In this document: piece by piece, positions 35,961-49,382 of the stretch | Numbering within the stretch: the first letter of the stretch is position 1 | Layout: the number at the start of each line of letters is the position of its first letter | Assembly: GCF_004010195.1 (NCBI RefSeq) | Contig: NC_057752.1 | Coordinates: 11,910,777 to 11,963,058, forward strand | Origin: Chiloscyllium plagiosum | Taxonomy: Eukaryota | Length of the DNA: 52,282 nt | Reading direction: 5' to 3' | Translations under genes and position numbers: made by a program | The notes under the pieces: model-generated | Told to the model about the DNA's origin: nothing | What the model saw: only the letters and a program-made list of their open reading frames with translations | Database searches by the model: none

Positions 35961-37327
35961 AGATTTCAAACAGTGTTTTGCTGTCACTTTAATACCTGGT
36001 GACACTGAACTAGGTTCCTTGCAATCTTTCAGCTGTGCTCTTCTATTCATGACAATTCTTTTGATTGCTTGCTGGGTTGATCTAATGGTTTGCTCAGTGG
36101 GTCAGGCCCATCAGTCAGTCCCACAAAGTTGGCTGATGTAAGTGCACACTAGTCTACTCCCCATATAGTTCCAGGGCATCAGCCAAGGCCCAACCTTTCC
36201 AAGTGGGGCTGAGTAAGTTGACGTGAGACAAGGACAACAATGACATGGCTCAGGCAATTTCTACAGGCCATTGCTCTGAAGCAGGTGAGACACATAGTGC
36301 CCAGAAAACACACAAAATTAACAGAACTCTGGTCACTCAATGGAAACTGCAATGTCAACAGAAATTACAGGTGTGCCTGTGACAGATCTGTGCCAAGGTG
36401 ACCACTTGTCCTGTATTTCAGGTGGCTTGATGGTTACCAGGATGCATTTTATCGCTTATCTTTCATTGTTCATTTTCACACACATGCAATTCTGCACTTT
36501 GTACCTGCTGCTCATTCAGACAACTCCAGCAGCACCTCATGCCCAAACATCTTTTAACCTTTTCTACCACAGTCAGTCAGCCTGATCTACACCAGTTTGA
36601 CTCAGTACTCACCTCAGTTACACATTATGAGAAATAGAAAGAGTCTTATCAGCTCTCTTGTATCCCCACATCCATTTTACTGGGAATCCATTAACTTGCC
36701 ATGCTGGAGCCAGTGCTGAAGGACCTCGACAACCTGTTCACCCTAAACCCACCCCATGTCCATTACAAGTCCCTCAAACAAATCAATATCCTCCCCTCTC
36801 ATCACACCACTCTCTGCTCCTTGTCTCCCCCTCATTATGTCTTTTTCTATTCTCTAAACTCATGCTAAACTTCTCCTACACAGTCCCAGGTCTCCAATAT
36901 CCCACCCCTATACTCTGCACCTAGCTGCACAGGGTCCCTGCACTACAGTCATTCAAATTCTGGGCTCAAATGATCAAATCTGTTATCAAATCTGTCCACA
37001 ACCCCTCTATCCAACCTGAGCCAGCTTTACCTGTCAGCTGTTCTCGTCGCAGACTCAACACTCTCTCAGACACCAAGAGACAAACTCTTTGCTGCTTCTG
37101 TAGTTTACTCCAGACACAACCCTGCTTTTGGTAATGTTTCACCAAAAGTCACCACTTTTCATCACCTCTGTCCCTGGTTCTTTGATAGCTTTGGCCCTAA
37201 CAACCACCTCCAAGCCTTGAGATTTCCCTTTGCCAGCACGCTGGTTAAGAGCTTTAACATATTTCCATACTGTGGACAGTCTGGGGATGCAAACCCCATT
37301 CACAAGCTGCTGAAATTTGAGGAATAC

Positions 37328-37470
37328 CTGAGCAGAAGGGAGTGGTCAAGGATTTCCAGTGCAAGAACAAAAGTATCCCAACTAAAACGCATAACAGCAC
37401 AGAAAGGACTATAACATAGATGTCAGAAACGCATCCAGATATGTCCCCAGTCTGTCCAGGCACACATTCT
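37328..37470 (-). CDS. TNFRSF-like receptor, transmembrane exon
   Basis: tttgttttgtttccacAG acceptor, CAG|GTATTC donor; 143 bp, phase 2-1; ECVPGQTGDISGCVSD-IYVIVLSVLLCVLVGILLFL-HWKSLTTPFCS contains a 20-aa hydrophobic helix. Confidence 0.8.
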
Positions 37471-38279
37471 CTGTGGAAACAAAACAAACATTGTCATAAA
37501 TTCATCAATGCAGAGTGGGTTTGAGGGTCTGAGGAATAATGAAATGGAATGGTGTAGTCTCAGTGACAGTTCCACATTTGTGTCAATGCTTCATGTTAAT
37601 GAAGCCACTGAGTCATGAAAGAAGTTGTTCCCCAACAATGTGACAGCGTCTTCCAAACCTGTGACCTTTACCACCTAGGATAATGGTAACAAACACTTAG
37701 GAGCATTGTCACTTGCAAATTCCCTTCTATAAGGAATAAATGACAACTCAGCCCACTGCACACACATTCCCTAATCAGCCAAATTTAAAAAAGGAAAGCC
37801 CACATCCCAGGAGTGAATAAAAAAATTCAAAAAGGAGACATTTCACATAGACACATGATCACATTGATGACAAATCTAACCTAGTACACATTTACAATTA
37901 CAAAACATTGTTGAATTTTAACAGTACTAATAGGTTAAGATAGAGAATAAATCTCCTACTACTCTTTTAAACCGAAATTAAAGCTCCTTCGATGCCGTCC
38001 CCAGCAAACACTCACAGGACAGGGACAGCATGGGGTTAGATACCAAGGAAACCTCCCTTTAGTCTTAACCAAATGCACAGCTCCCTCTACTATTTTAAAC
38101 TGAAAGTAGCCTCAACAAACACTCTCAGGACTGATACAGAGTGGGGTTAGATACAGAATAAAGCTCCTTTACAGCAATGAGTTACAAACTCAACCTCAGC
38201 CTATTGAGAGTCCAGTGGTCATTTGATAGTTGTCCATTTCCTGCACCTGTAGCCTCTGTGCGAGACTGCCCATATAATA

Positions 38280-38565
38280 GGTGGGACGAGTGGCTCAGCA
38301 GTTAGCACTGCTGCCTCACAGCACCAGGAATCCAGGTTTGATTCCAGCCTCGGGTGACTGTGTGGAGTTTGCACATTCTCCCAGTGTCTACGTGGGTTTC
38401 CTCCGGGTGCTCCGGTTACCTCCCATAGTCCAGGTGGATTAGCCATGGGAAATGTGGGATAGGGTCGAGGGTTAGGTCTGGGTGGGATGCACTTCGAAGG
38501 GCTGGTGCAGATTTGATGGACCTAATGGCCTCTTTCAACACTGTAGGGATTCTGTGATTCTACGA
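38280..38565 (+). mobile_element. tRNA SINE (HE1-like)
   Basis: GTGGCTCAGCAGTTAGCACTGCTGCCTCACAGC head and typical body. Confidence 0.82.
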
Positions 38566-40759
38566 GGGATTCTATTGATTCTAACAGATTATACTGTACA
38601 TTTAAATCACTGGTATTGAGCATTGCTCAACAGCAGCCCAAAATACAATACCATGCATGGATTATGGCATACTGCTAGCTAACACACTTGTTTTGAGATT
38701 GAAACAGGAAAGAACCATTCATCTCCTTAATCCTGCTCAGCTGTTCACATAGCTATTTCACACAGCTAATATTTTTTCTCAACTCCATCTACCCATTTTT
38801 GTTTCCCATCTCTGATAACTTTGCTCAACAAAAAAAGTCTATTGATCTCAGTACTGAAAATCGTAATTTGCCCAAATTATTCAGTGTTTTCAGGGAGAAA
38901 GTTCCAGCTTTCAGTATTCCAATCTCATAGACAATTTAGTGCAGCTCTTTCAAACCAATGGGCTTTCCATATTGTGAACCACACGTCCTACAGGTGTGTT
39001 TGTTGACGAAGGCTGTTCTCCATTGTATCAAGGTGGTAGAAGAACTGTCGGCAGTCCTCTATCCTCTGAGTTAGAAGATCAAAGTTCACGTCTTATTAGA
39101 GTGACTTCAGCATATTTTGCAGATCAACACTCCCAATATTACATCAACAGTGTTGCACTGCCAAAGGTACCATCTTTCAGAGGAGACATTAGCCAAGATA
39201 TCATTTACTTTTCAGGAGAAAGTGAGGACTGCAGATGCTGGAGATCAGAGTAGAGGGTGTGGTGCTGGAAAAGCACAGCTGGTCAGGCAGCATCAGAGGA
39301 GCAGGAGAGCAGAAGCTCTTCCTAACGAAACATTTCCCACATTAAAATACTGTAGTTGATAAAAAACATTTGCTGGCCGCAAAGGTGCTTTGAAATGCAA
39401 GTCTCTCTTTCTTTCACTGGGGTAGTGGTGTAATCCTGAAAAGGTGAGTGCAGCCCCGGGAGGTAGGGAGGTGAGTGAGTGAGTGGTGTAAGCGTGGAAT
39501 GGCATGCTTTGGGGTTATGGTTTCTGACCTTCCTTGCTGGACAGCGGCTGTGGACATTTGATAAGGTGAGGCTCAGAGATGACACTGAGAACCCATGACT
39601 GCAGAAACATTGCAGACTGTTCTAATTCCTGCTTTCATTATCATGAAGACAGATCAGAAACTCCATATACTATAGACATTTTTAACTTTTAATTACAAAT
39701 TTATTTTAGAAAGGAAAAACGCGAGGATTGCTAAAGACAAGAATAGATGTGGATGTAAATTCAGCGCTGTTTCGCAAAGTCCAGTGTGGGACCAATGGAA
39801 TACCACACCTGCAAAGTATCATGGAAACATCAAATAGACACAACAAAAAGACACAATGGAGGGGGAGGTGGTTATGGCTATCTTACCCCACTCAGCAGAA
39901 AACCAACTTGTGCAGATGTTTATGCTTTGTCGTTCCATGAATATCTTTTTAAAAGGGGATAAAAACAAAGGTATTCATGTTACTAGCCCGGGTTCAAGTT
40001 AGAATGGGCTGTGAAGGTCAGAGTCAAAGAACCACCCACTCGTCACCCCTGTATTGCAGGTAAAAGTTTGCCTACGGAGTGCTAGATGCCAACTAGCCAG
40101 TCAGAAGGAAAACAGGACAACTCAGTACTGCCAGCCAACCACCATATAAAGGAATTATAGGAATTCAGAATTAAAACAAAAGGATTTCAATTAACTGTAA
40201 TGACAAGAATCCCAAAATGTTCAACTGTCAACATTTTACTTTGTACACTTCACAAATCACCAAGTGAGACGAATCCATGTAACCTTTAGCCTTTGTCTCA
40301 TTTTAGACTCACTTTTTTATTCCAAACAGTGCATATACAAGATGCTATTAATTATTTTCACATTTAGTAAAATAAAATTCACTATTTTGTTTAGAAAGCT
40401 TGATTAAATTGGTTCCTGTCAAAATATAAATTCATTTGGTCTGGGAAAAAGATATTATCAAACGAGGGGCTCCTTTATAACCTGAGCTTGTTCCAACTGA
40501 GAGGGTGGGTGAAAAAAAAAAAGGTGAGCCAGTTCATTTCTCTTCACTGAAGGAGGTTGATAATTTGGGGCTTCCACATGCAACTGTAGTAACTTGGGAA
40601 ACATCACTCAGGATCTGGTCAACACACAATTCAGGATCCTGAACTGAAAGGGGATAACAAAGGCTGTCAAAACCCATGCAACTACACATCAATAGGATTT
40701 AGCAACTGAGAGAGACAGAGACAGATACCCAGAGTCAATGCCAGCACACGGAGGGGGGG

Positions 40760-41165
40760 GACCCAGAGTTAATGCCGAGAGATAGAGAGACAGAGACAGC
40801 GACACAGAGAGAGAGAGAGAGAGCGTGAGCGATAGACAGCGAGAGAGCGAGAGCGAGTGACAGAAAGCGAGAGCGAGTGACAGACAGCGAAAGAGCGAGC
40901 GACAGAGAGAGCAAGCGAGCGACAGCGAGAGAGCGAGAGTGACAGACAGCAAGAGAGCGAGCGACAGACAGCAAAAAAGCGAGAGCGAGCAATAGACAGA
41001 GAGAGAGTGAGAGTGAGTGACAGCGAGAGAGAGAGAGCGAGAGAGCGACATACAGAGAGAGCAAGCGACAGACAGAGAGCGAGCAAGCAAGCAACAGACA
41101 GAGCAAGAGAGAGTGAGCGAGAGAGAGAGCGAGCGCGAGAAGGCCACAGGGCGAGAGGGACAGAG
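40760..41165. repeat. Degenerate (GA/GAGC/GACA)n purine-rich microsatellite
   Basis: About 400 bp of imperfect GA, GAGC and GACA units with very few T on the + strand. Confidence 0.92.
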
Positions 41166-41262
41166 CGAAATCTGGTGAAGAGGAAAGACTGATGCTACCG
41201 GGACATTGGTAGGCCATATCTGCAAATCTGTTGGAATGAAAGTTATCTCACAGTCAACTCAC

Positions 41263-41332
41263 CCTGTCCCTTCTTCAGGTGAAATACTCCCAGTTTCTTG
41301 ACGGCGGCATTCTGTGTCTTTCCTGTAAGCTC
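41263..41332 (-). CDS. TNFRSF-like receptor, candidate extracellular stalk exon
   Basis: ccttgttcctcAG acceptor, GG|GTGAGT donor; 70 bp. The phase 1-2 reading (G)AYRKDTECRRQETGSISPEEGT(G) joins the TM exon in frame. Confidence 0.6.
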
Positions 41333-42596
41333 CTGAGGAACAAGGTTTGAGCAGTCAGTTCTTATAATGAGGTGTTTATCACAGTTCTAGTCTGAGTTGC
41401 AATGACAAACACTGAGCAGTAGAGATCCCAGTTATGTACACTCCTGACCTCACTTTCATAAAATTGTAATAGGATTATAATATGCAGGATTGGCTATTTA
41501 GCCACTTCAGGCTGCACTACATTTTAACACAATCATGGCTGGTCTGATAGTGTCCCTGACTCCATTCTTCTACCCAATGTCTATCCCATAACCCTTGACT
41601 CCACTATCGATCAGAAAACTGTCAAACCCAGCTCTGAATCTATTCAATGATCCAGCCTCAACCAGTCTCTTCAAATGGATTCCATTGACTAACGACCTTA
41701 TGAGAAAATAAATTTCACCTCCTCTCCATCCTAACTGGATTTCATTTTTAAACAACGTCCCCCAGTTCTAGATACCCATGCATGGAGAAATACCTTCTTG
41801 GCATCTATCCGGTCAAGTTCCTTCAGGGCCTTAAGATTTCAATTAAATCCCATTCATTCTTCGAAACGGCAATAAGTATCAGCCCAACCCGCTCAACCTT
41901 TCCTCTCAAGGCAAACCCTTCTTCCCAGGAATCAGCCAAATCCTCAATTCCTTCCATATAAGTATGTCCTTCCTCGAGGAAGGAGACCAAAACAGTACAC
42001 ATCACTCCAGGTGCAGTTTAACCAATGGCCTATCCAGTTGTAAAATGACTTCCCTATTTTTTATACTCTTACAATAAAGACCAACATTTCATTTATTATT
42101 ACTGCAACTAATTATTACTATACTGATCTTTTGTAAAAAAAACACCCAAGAGAACCAATGAATGTTGGAAATCAGAATTGTTACTGACTTTTTGGGATTC
42201 ACAAGGTCATCTCGATCCCAGTGCATTCCAGCATTCTGCACTTTTCCTCAATTTAAATAAAAAGATTCTGCTTCAATAGAAGTCATTGCTCATTATAAAC
42301 AGAAATTCTGTCTGATTTCAGAACTTTCTCTTTGTCTCAGCTGTCAAGGTCCATTGGAACACTCCTATTACTGCTCTGGCAGATTTTGGTCAACACAACA
42401 CAGCAAGTGAGAGCAGTGGTTCCCTCTGAGGCAAAGAGTCAAGTTCACGTCCCACAGCAGACTTAAGCATGTGGTCAAAGCTGACACTATTGACCCAACC
42501 CAACTGGGAACGTGCGCTGACTCTCAACTTCTGCTACTCTCAGGGATGCCACAGAAGTTAGTGACTGAATTGATGTAGACAAAGTCCCCAATTTAC

Positions 42597-42655
42597 CTGT
42601 CTGTTGGAACCAAGTTAACAGAAAACACTGACCAGATTTCTGTATTTGACAAGAA
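42597..42655 (-). CDS. TNFRSF-like receptor, tentative upstream exon
   Basis: Pyrimidine tract then tgtAG; CAG|GTAAAT donor; 59 bp, phase 2-1, SCQIQKSGQCFLLTWFQQT(G). Phase-compatible, but other splice choices exist nearby. Confidence 0.3.
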
Positions 42656-43880
42656 CTACAATTTATGATAAACAAAAGGAAAGTCAGAGAGAGTGAGAGC
42701 TATTTCCCTTCCAGCACTACTGTTCATACCACAAGTTGGTTCCTGGCCAACTGAACAATCACAGATTTGGTGTCAATCTTTGGCATTCACAACAGGTTTG
42801 TATAATTGTGACCAATCAGCTCCTTCTTGTTGGCCAAATTTCAATCTGCTCGCACACTCCTATGCCATGCCATCTATGAACATTGTTGCTGCTCTGTCCA
42901 GGCCGTGGGCAAGATAAACACAATGCAAACAAATTTTAATAGCTTGTTTTTAAAAGTGCAGCAGTTCCTTCCACAGCCCTTGGCGTTAAAACAGTCACTT
43001 TTTCTCCCCCCCCCCCCCCAATTTTTGTCCACAATCTCAAATTTAGAAAATAAAATTATATAGGCCTACACTGTTGGAGGGTCAGCACTGAGGGAGCGTC
43101 GCAGTGCCCAGGGAGCGTCGCAGCACCTGAGGGTGCATCAATCTCAACTTTGGATCTACAAATATCCAAAGTTCTCTGGGGCATAGAGTTCCAAAGATTT
43201 ACAATTTCTCCTCATTGCAGTTGGAAATAATCATCCTGTCAGAGGAACATAGGAGGCCATTCAGCCCCTCGTGTCTGTTCCACCATTCAATGAGATCATG
43301 GCTGATCTGAGACTTCAGTCCATATACCTGCCTTTGGCCCATATCCCTTAATACCTTTGCATAACAAAAACGTCTCTATCTCAAATTTAAGATTAACAAT
43401 TGATCAACCATCCATTGGTTCAAAACCTCTCCCACCCTTTTTGTGTGTAGAAGTGCTTCCTAACATTTCTCCTGCATGGTCTGGCCTGAATTCTCAGACT
43501 AAGCCTCCTTGATCTAGGATCTCCAGCCAGTAGAAATAGCCTATCTTTATTTACCTTGTCTTCTCCTGTTAAGATCATTAAGAGATCGATCAGATCACCC
43601 CTTACAACTTTAAATTCTAGAAAGAGAAAACGGGTCAAATTGTACAATCTCTCCTTGGAACCTAACCTCTGCACTCCAGGTATTATTCTTGTAAGCTGAT
43701 GTTGCATTCCCCTCAAGGTCAATATATCCTTGCTAAAGTGTGTTGCCCAGATCTGCTCACAGCACTCCAAGTGGACCTAACCAGAGCCTAATCCTGAGAC
43801 TGTGTCTCCAAGTTCTCGGCTCCCCAGCCATAGGAAACAACCTCGCTGCACATACCCTATCAAGCCCCATCAAAATCTTA

Positions 43881-45305
43881 AGACCATAAGACATAGGAGC
43901 GGAAGTAAGGCCATTCGGCCCATCGAGTCCACTCCGCCATTCAATCATGGCTGATGGGCATTTCAACTCCATTTACCCGCATTCTCCCTGTAGCCCTTAC
44001 TTCCTTGTGACATCAAGAATTTATCAATCTCTGCCTTGAAGACATTTAGTATCCCAGCCTCCACTGCACTCTGTGGCAATGAATTCCACAGGCCCACCAC
44101 TCTCTGGCTGAAGAAATGTCTCCGCATTTCTGTTCTGAATTTACCCCCTCTAATTCTAAGGCTGTGTCCACGGGTACTAGTCTCCTCGCCTAACGGAAAC
44201 AAATTCCTCACGTCCACCCTCTCCAAGCCATGTATTATCTTGTAAGCTTCTATTAGATCTCCCCTTAATCTTCTAAACTCCAATGAATACAATCCCAGGA
44301 CCCTCAGCCGTTCCCCGTATGTTAGACCTGCCATTCTAGGGATCATCCGTGTGAATCTCCGCTGGACACGCTCCAATGCCAGTATGTCCTTCCTGAGGNN
44401 NNNNNNNNNNNNNNNNNNNNNNNNNNNNNNNNNNNNNNNNNNNNNNNNNNNNNNNNNNNNNNNNNNNNNNNNNNNNNNNNNNNNNNNNNNNNNNNNNNNN
44501 NNNNNNNNNNNNNNNNNNNNNNNNNNNNNNNNNNNNNNNNNNNNNNNNNNNNNNNNNNNNNNNNNNNNNNNNNNNNNNNNNNNNNNNNNNNNNNNNNNNN
44601 NNNNNNNNNNNNNNNNNNNNNNNNNNNNNNNNNNNNNNNNNNNNNNNNNNNNNNNNNNNNNNNNNNNNNNNNNNNNNNNNNNNNNNNNNNNNNNNNNNNN
44701 NNNNNNNNNNNNNNNNNNNNNNNNNNNNNNNNNNNNNNNNNNNNNNNNNNNNNNNNNNNNNNNNNNNNNNNNNNNNNNNNNNNNNNNNNNNNNNNNNNNN
44801 NNNNNNNNNNNNNNNNNNNNNNNNNNNNNNNNNNNNNNNNNNNNNNNNNNNNNNNNNNNNNNNNNNNNNNNNNNNNNNNNNNNNNNNNNNNNNNNNNNNN
44901 NNNNNNNNNNNNNNNNNNNNNNNNNNNNNNNNNNNNNNNNNNNNNNNNNNNNNNNNNNNNNNNNNNNGAGGTTAGGCTAATTGGCCTATAGTTTTCCATC
45001 TTTTGCTTTGATCCTTTCTTGAACAAGGGGGTTACAACGCGATCTTCCAATCATCTGGGACTTTCCAGGATTCCAGTGACTTTTGAAAGATCTCAACCAA
45101 CGCCTCCGCTATTTCCTCAGCCACTTCTCTCAGAACTCCAGGATGCAGCCCATCGGGGAGAGGAGATTTATCAATTTTAAGACCTTTTAGCTTTTCTAGC
45201 ACTTTCTCTTTTGTAATGGCAACCATACTCAACTCAGCCCCCTGACTCCCTTTAATTGTTGGGATATTACTCATGTCTTCCACTGTGAAGACTGACGCAA
45301 AGTAT
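43881..45305 (-). mobile_element. Young CR1 copy spanning an assembly gap
   Basis: Open ORF2 C-terminus (ERVQRRFTRMIP..RHFFSQRVVGLWNSLP); KSPLPDGLHP and ENYRPISLT on the other side of the gap. Confidence 0.9.
44399..44967. other. Assembly gap (569 N)
   Basis: Run of N. Confidence 1.
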
Positions 45306-45789
45306 CTTGTATGAGATCACTTCTCACTCTGCTAAACTTCATAGAATATGTACGCAATGTACTCAGATTTTCATCCTAGGGCAAACCTCTCATATCAAGT
45401 ACTAACCCAGTGAATCTTTGCTGTACTGTGCCTCCAATGCAAGCATATCTTTCCTTAAACACAGTGACCAAAATTGCACACAAGCCTTATACAATTCAAC
45501 AAGATATTTTTCCATTTGGTCTTGATTCTTGTCCTCCAATCCCCTTGCAATGAAAGGGATTTGCTGCATATTTGCTTGCTGGCATGTAGGCACGTACATG
45601 TGCACACACCACAATCGTTGCCACTGCTATGTCCAAGCTGAATAAGAGAATGTGAAACAACAAGAACCTGCCTGAGAAACAAACTGCAAATCTACCAGTG
45701 AACTCCTCCTCTTACAGTTTGAGATCTGGATAATAAATGTTAGGTTGGAGAAAAAGTTGACAAGTTTCAACCTTAGCTGCCTCAGATGT

Positions 45790-47070
45790 ATCTTTGTCAT
45801 CTCTTCCAATGGTGACGAGACTGGCATCTACCCAACAATGCGGAAAATTGCCCAGGCATGTTCTAACCCACCCAATTACTGCCCAATCAGTTTACACGAT
45901 CAGTAAAGCGGTGGAAGGTGGCATCAATAGCATGCTCACTGACACCCAGTTTGGGTTCCACCAGGGCCACTCATTATAGCCTTGGTTCAAACATGGACGA
46001 AAGAAAGAAAGAGTTGAACTCCAGAGGGGAGGTGACAGTGACACCTTAACATCAAGGCTGCATTTGTCCATGTGTGGCACCAAGGAGCCCTGGCAAAACT
46101 GGAACTGAAGAAAACTCTCCATTGCCTGGAGTCATACCTGGCACAAAAGGAAGATAGCTGTGGTTATGGAGGTCAGTTATGTTTGCTCCAGGATAGCTCT
46201 GCTAGAGCTCCTCAGGGTAGTGTCTTAGGCCCAACCATCTTCAGCTACTTCAGCAATGACCTTTCTCCATCATAAGGTCAGGTGCTGATGATTAATCAGT
46301 GTTCAGCACCACTCACAACTCCTCAGATACTGAAGCAGTCCATATTCAAATGCAGAAGACTTGGGCTTCCACACAATATCCAGGCTTGGGCTGATAAGTG
46401 GCAAATAACATTCGCACCACACAAATGCAAGGCAATGACTATCTCTAATGAGAGTCAATCTAACAACTGCCCCATGATATTCAATGATATTACCATCACT
46501 AAATCCCCCACTATCAACATCCTTGGGGGTTACTGTTGATCAGAAACTCAACTGGACTCACCACATAAATGCAATGGTTACAAGTGGTGCAGTAACACTC
46601 AAGAATTTCCATGCTGTACACCTCTATGACTCTAAGCTTGACACCATCCAGGACAAAGCAACCCACTTGATTGGCAGCACATCCAAAAACATCCACTCCC
46701 TCCCCCACTGACGCTCTGTAGCAGCAATGTGCACCATCTACAAGGTGCGCTGCAGAAATTCACCAAAATCCTCAGACTGCATCTTCCAAACCCACAACTA
46801 CTCCCTTGAAGACCAAGAGCAGCAAATACATGGGAACACCACCACCTGCAAGTTCCCCTCCGAGCCACTCACCATTCTGACTGTTCCTTCATTGTCACTG
46901 GGTTAAAACCCTGGAATTCCTTCCCTAAGGGCATTGAGAGTCAACCTACAGCACGTGGACTTCAGCAGTTCAAGAAGGCAGCTCACCCCTACCTTCTCAA
47001 GGGGGGGCAACTAGGAATAGGCAATAAATGCTGGCCAGCCAGCAATGCTCATGTCGCCTGGGTGAATTAA
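45790..47070 (+). mobile_element. Degenerate CR1/L2-group LINE (second family)
   Basis: [44 protein letters not shown]; 3' tail near 47040. Confidence 0.82.
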
Positions 47071-49382
47071 AAGATCACTGACTCAGAGGTACTGGAGTGT
47101 ACCCATCCCATCAGCAGACACTTACTGCTAAGCCAACAATGTCTGTGCTGACAATGGCTATATACCCAAAGGCCTTGTGAACAATAAAGTGACGATTGGG
47201 TCATGATCCAATAAGGATTCTGGGTAATCCAAGATGGAGGACAGGAAAAATTTCCGGTTGTCATAGGCTGCTCCTTCATTGAGGTATTTTAGGTGTTGGA
47301 GGTGATTTCCTCGAATTCCAGGAGCAGCAATTACTGTTGGATATGCTGTTGCATTGTTTTGGAACTTTGGAGAAAAAAAAGGGGAGGAAGACAGACAATG
47401 GCAGCAAGCTCATTGTCTGTAAGGGAGAGGGAAAAAGAAACCTACACTGCTAACTGAAACAGCAGTGAACCTGCACAGTTAGTGCCATTGCTGTTTGAAT
47501 TCATATATCGCTGGACATTGGAGTGTGTCTAGGAAGACTTAAAAAGCGAATTTCACAACTGATCTTGGAGGAACCTGTTTGGGAGCGGTCATGGCACAGA
47601 AACAGATAAGTAAACAGTTTTAATAGCTTTTCTGTAAATCTACAATAGTGAGTAGAGTGGGTCCTTTCTTGATTATATGTTTTTATTGGGATCTGTCTCT
47701 TGATTAAATTTTAAAAATAAGTGCCATAAGTATTAAGTTAGCCTGGAGCAGTGTTTTGTAGAGCAATAAGATGGTGCTATTTTCTGGGGCTGTAGATCGG
47801 AAGGAGCAAAACAGTAGAGTGATATGCTCTTCCTGTTGGATGTGGAAGTTTCAGGAGAGTTTAAGAGTTACTGAGGATTCTATCTGCAATAAATGTCATT
47901 GGTTGTGAATCCTGTCAAATCAAATGAATCAGTTGGAGCGAGAGTCAGAGGCAATGAGGTACTTACAGGAGCTAGGGGGTGTGATGGATGGTAGTTATAT
48001 GGAGGGTGAAAAGCCGCAGATAGTCAGGTAGATGGGTTAACTCAAGAAAAGTAGGAGAGGTACGTGGGTAGTACAGAAGTCTTCTGTGGCTATCCCCATT
48101 TGAAACAAGTACGCTGTTTTGGAAAATGTAGGGAATTATAGACTTTCAGGGGAACATAGCATGAACAGCCAAGTTTCTAGTATCAAAACTGGCTTTAATG
48201 TAATAAGGAGAATATCGGGTTCCAAGCAATCGATTGTGTTAGGAGACTCTCTAGTCAGGGCACAGACAGACATTTCTGCAGCCAGCAGCGAAAAATCAGA
48301 ATGGTATGTTGCCTCCCTGGTGCCAGGATCAAGGATGTCTCAGAGAGGGTGCAGAATGTTCTCACGGGGGAGAGGGACCAGCAAGAGATCATTGTACACA
48401 ATAGTTAGAGGGAAATTGAGAAACAAACTTGTAAGGAGATCTCCGCTACCTGTAAGAATAATAGACTTCTGTACTACCCACGTACCTCTCCTACTTTTCT
48501 TGAGTTAACCCATCTACCTGACTATCTGCGGCTTTTCACCCTCCATATAACTACCATCCATCACACCCCCTAGCTCCTGTAAATACCTCATTGCCTCTGA
48601 CTGTCGCTCCAACTGATTCATTTGATTTGACAGGATTCACAACCAACAACATAGGAAGGGAGAATATAGAAAGTTAGGCAGGATTTTAAAAAGGAGGTCC
48701 AAGGGTAGTAATATCTGGATTACTCCCGGTGCTGTGAGCTAGTGAGGGTAGGAATAGGATGACAGAACAGATGAATGTGTGACTGAAGAGCTGGTGCATG
48801 GGAGAAGGATTCACATTTTTGGACCATTGGAATCTCTTCTGGGGTAGAAGTGACCTGTACAGGAAGGATGGGTTCACCTGTATTGGAAGGGGACTAATAT
48901 ACTGGCAGGGAGATTTGCTAGAGCTGTTCAGGAGGATGTAAACTAGTAAGGAGTGGGATGGTGGGACCCAGGGTGATAGTGAGGAAAGAGATCAATCTGA
49001 GACTGGTACAAGTGAGAAAAGCAGTCAGTCAAACAGTCAGGGCAGGCAGGAACAAAGCAGAGAACAAGGTAGGACAGATAAATTAAACTGTGTTTATTTC
49101 AATGCAAGGGGCCTTACAGGGAAGGCAGGTGAACTCAGGGCATGGTTAGGAACATGGGACTGGGATATCATAGCAATTACAGAAACATGGCTCAGGGATG
49201 GACAGAACTGGCAACTTAATGCTCAAGAATATAAATGCTACAGGAAGGATAGAAAGGGGGGGGGCAAGAGAGGAGGGGGAGTGGCATTTTTGATAAGGGA
49301 TAGCATTACAGCTGTGCTGAGGGGGGATATTCCCGGAAATACATCCAGGAAAGTTATTTGGGTGGAACTGAGAAATAAGAAA

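Noticed and set aside
39322..39598. Extra S/T/P-rich minus-strand exon for the receptor
   Set aside because: A phase-2 acceptor exists, but I found no good phase-2 donor to rejoin the TM exon, and the model is consistent without it.
40689..41225. Long L/S/C-rich ORFs
   Set aside because: They are translations of the GA microsatellite.
45590..47200. Cysteine-containing minus-strand segments (LGHSSGNDCGVCT near 45620; SHCQHRHC near 47150) as TNFR repeat exons
   Set aside because: Cysteine spacing does not fit a TNFR repeat, phases could not be chained, and both sit among LINE debris.
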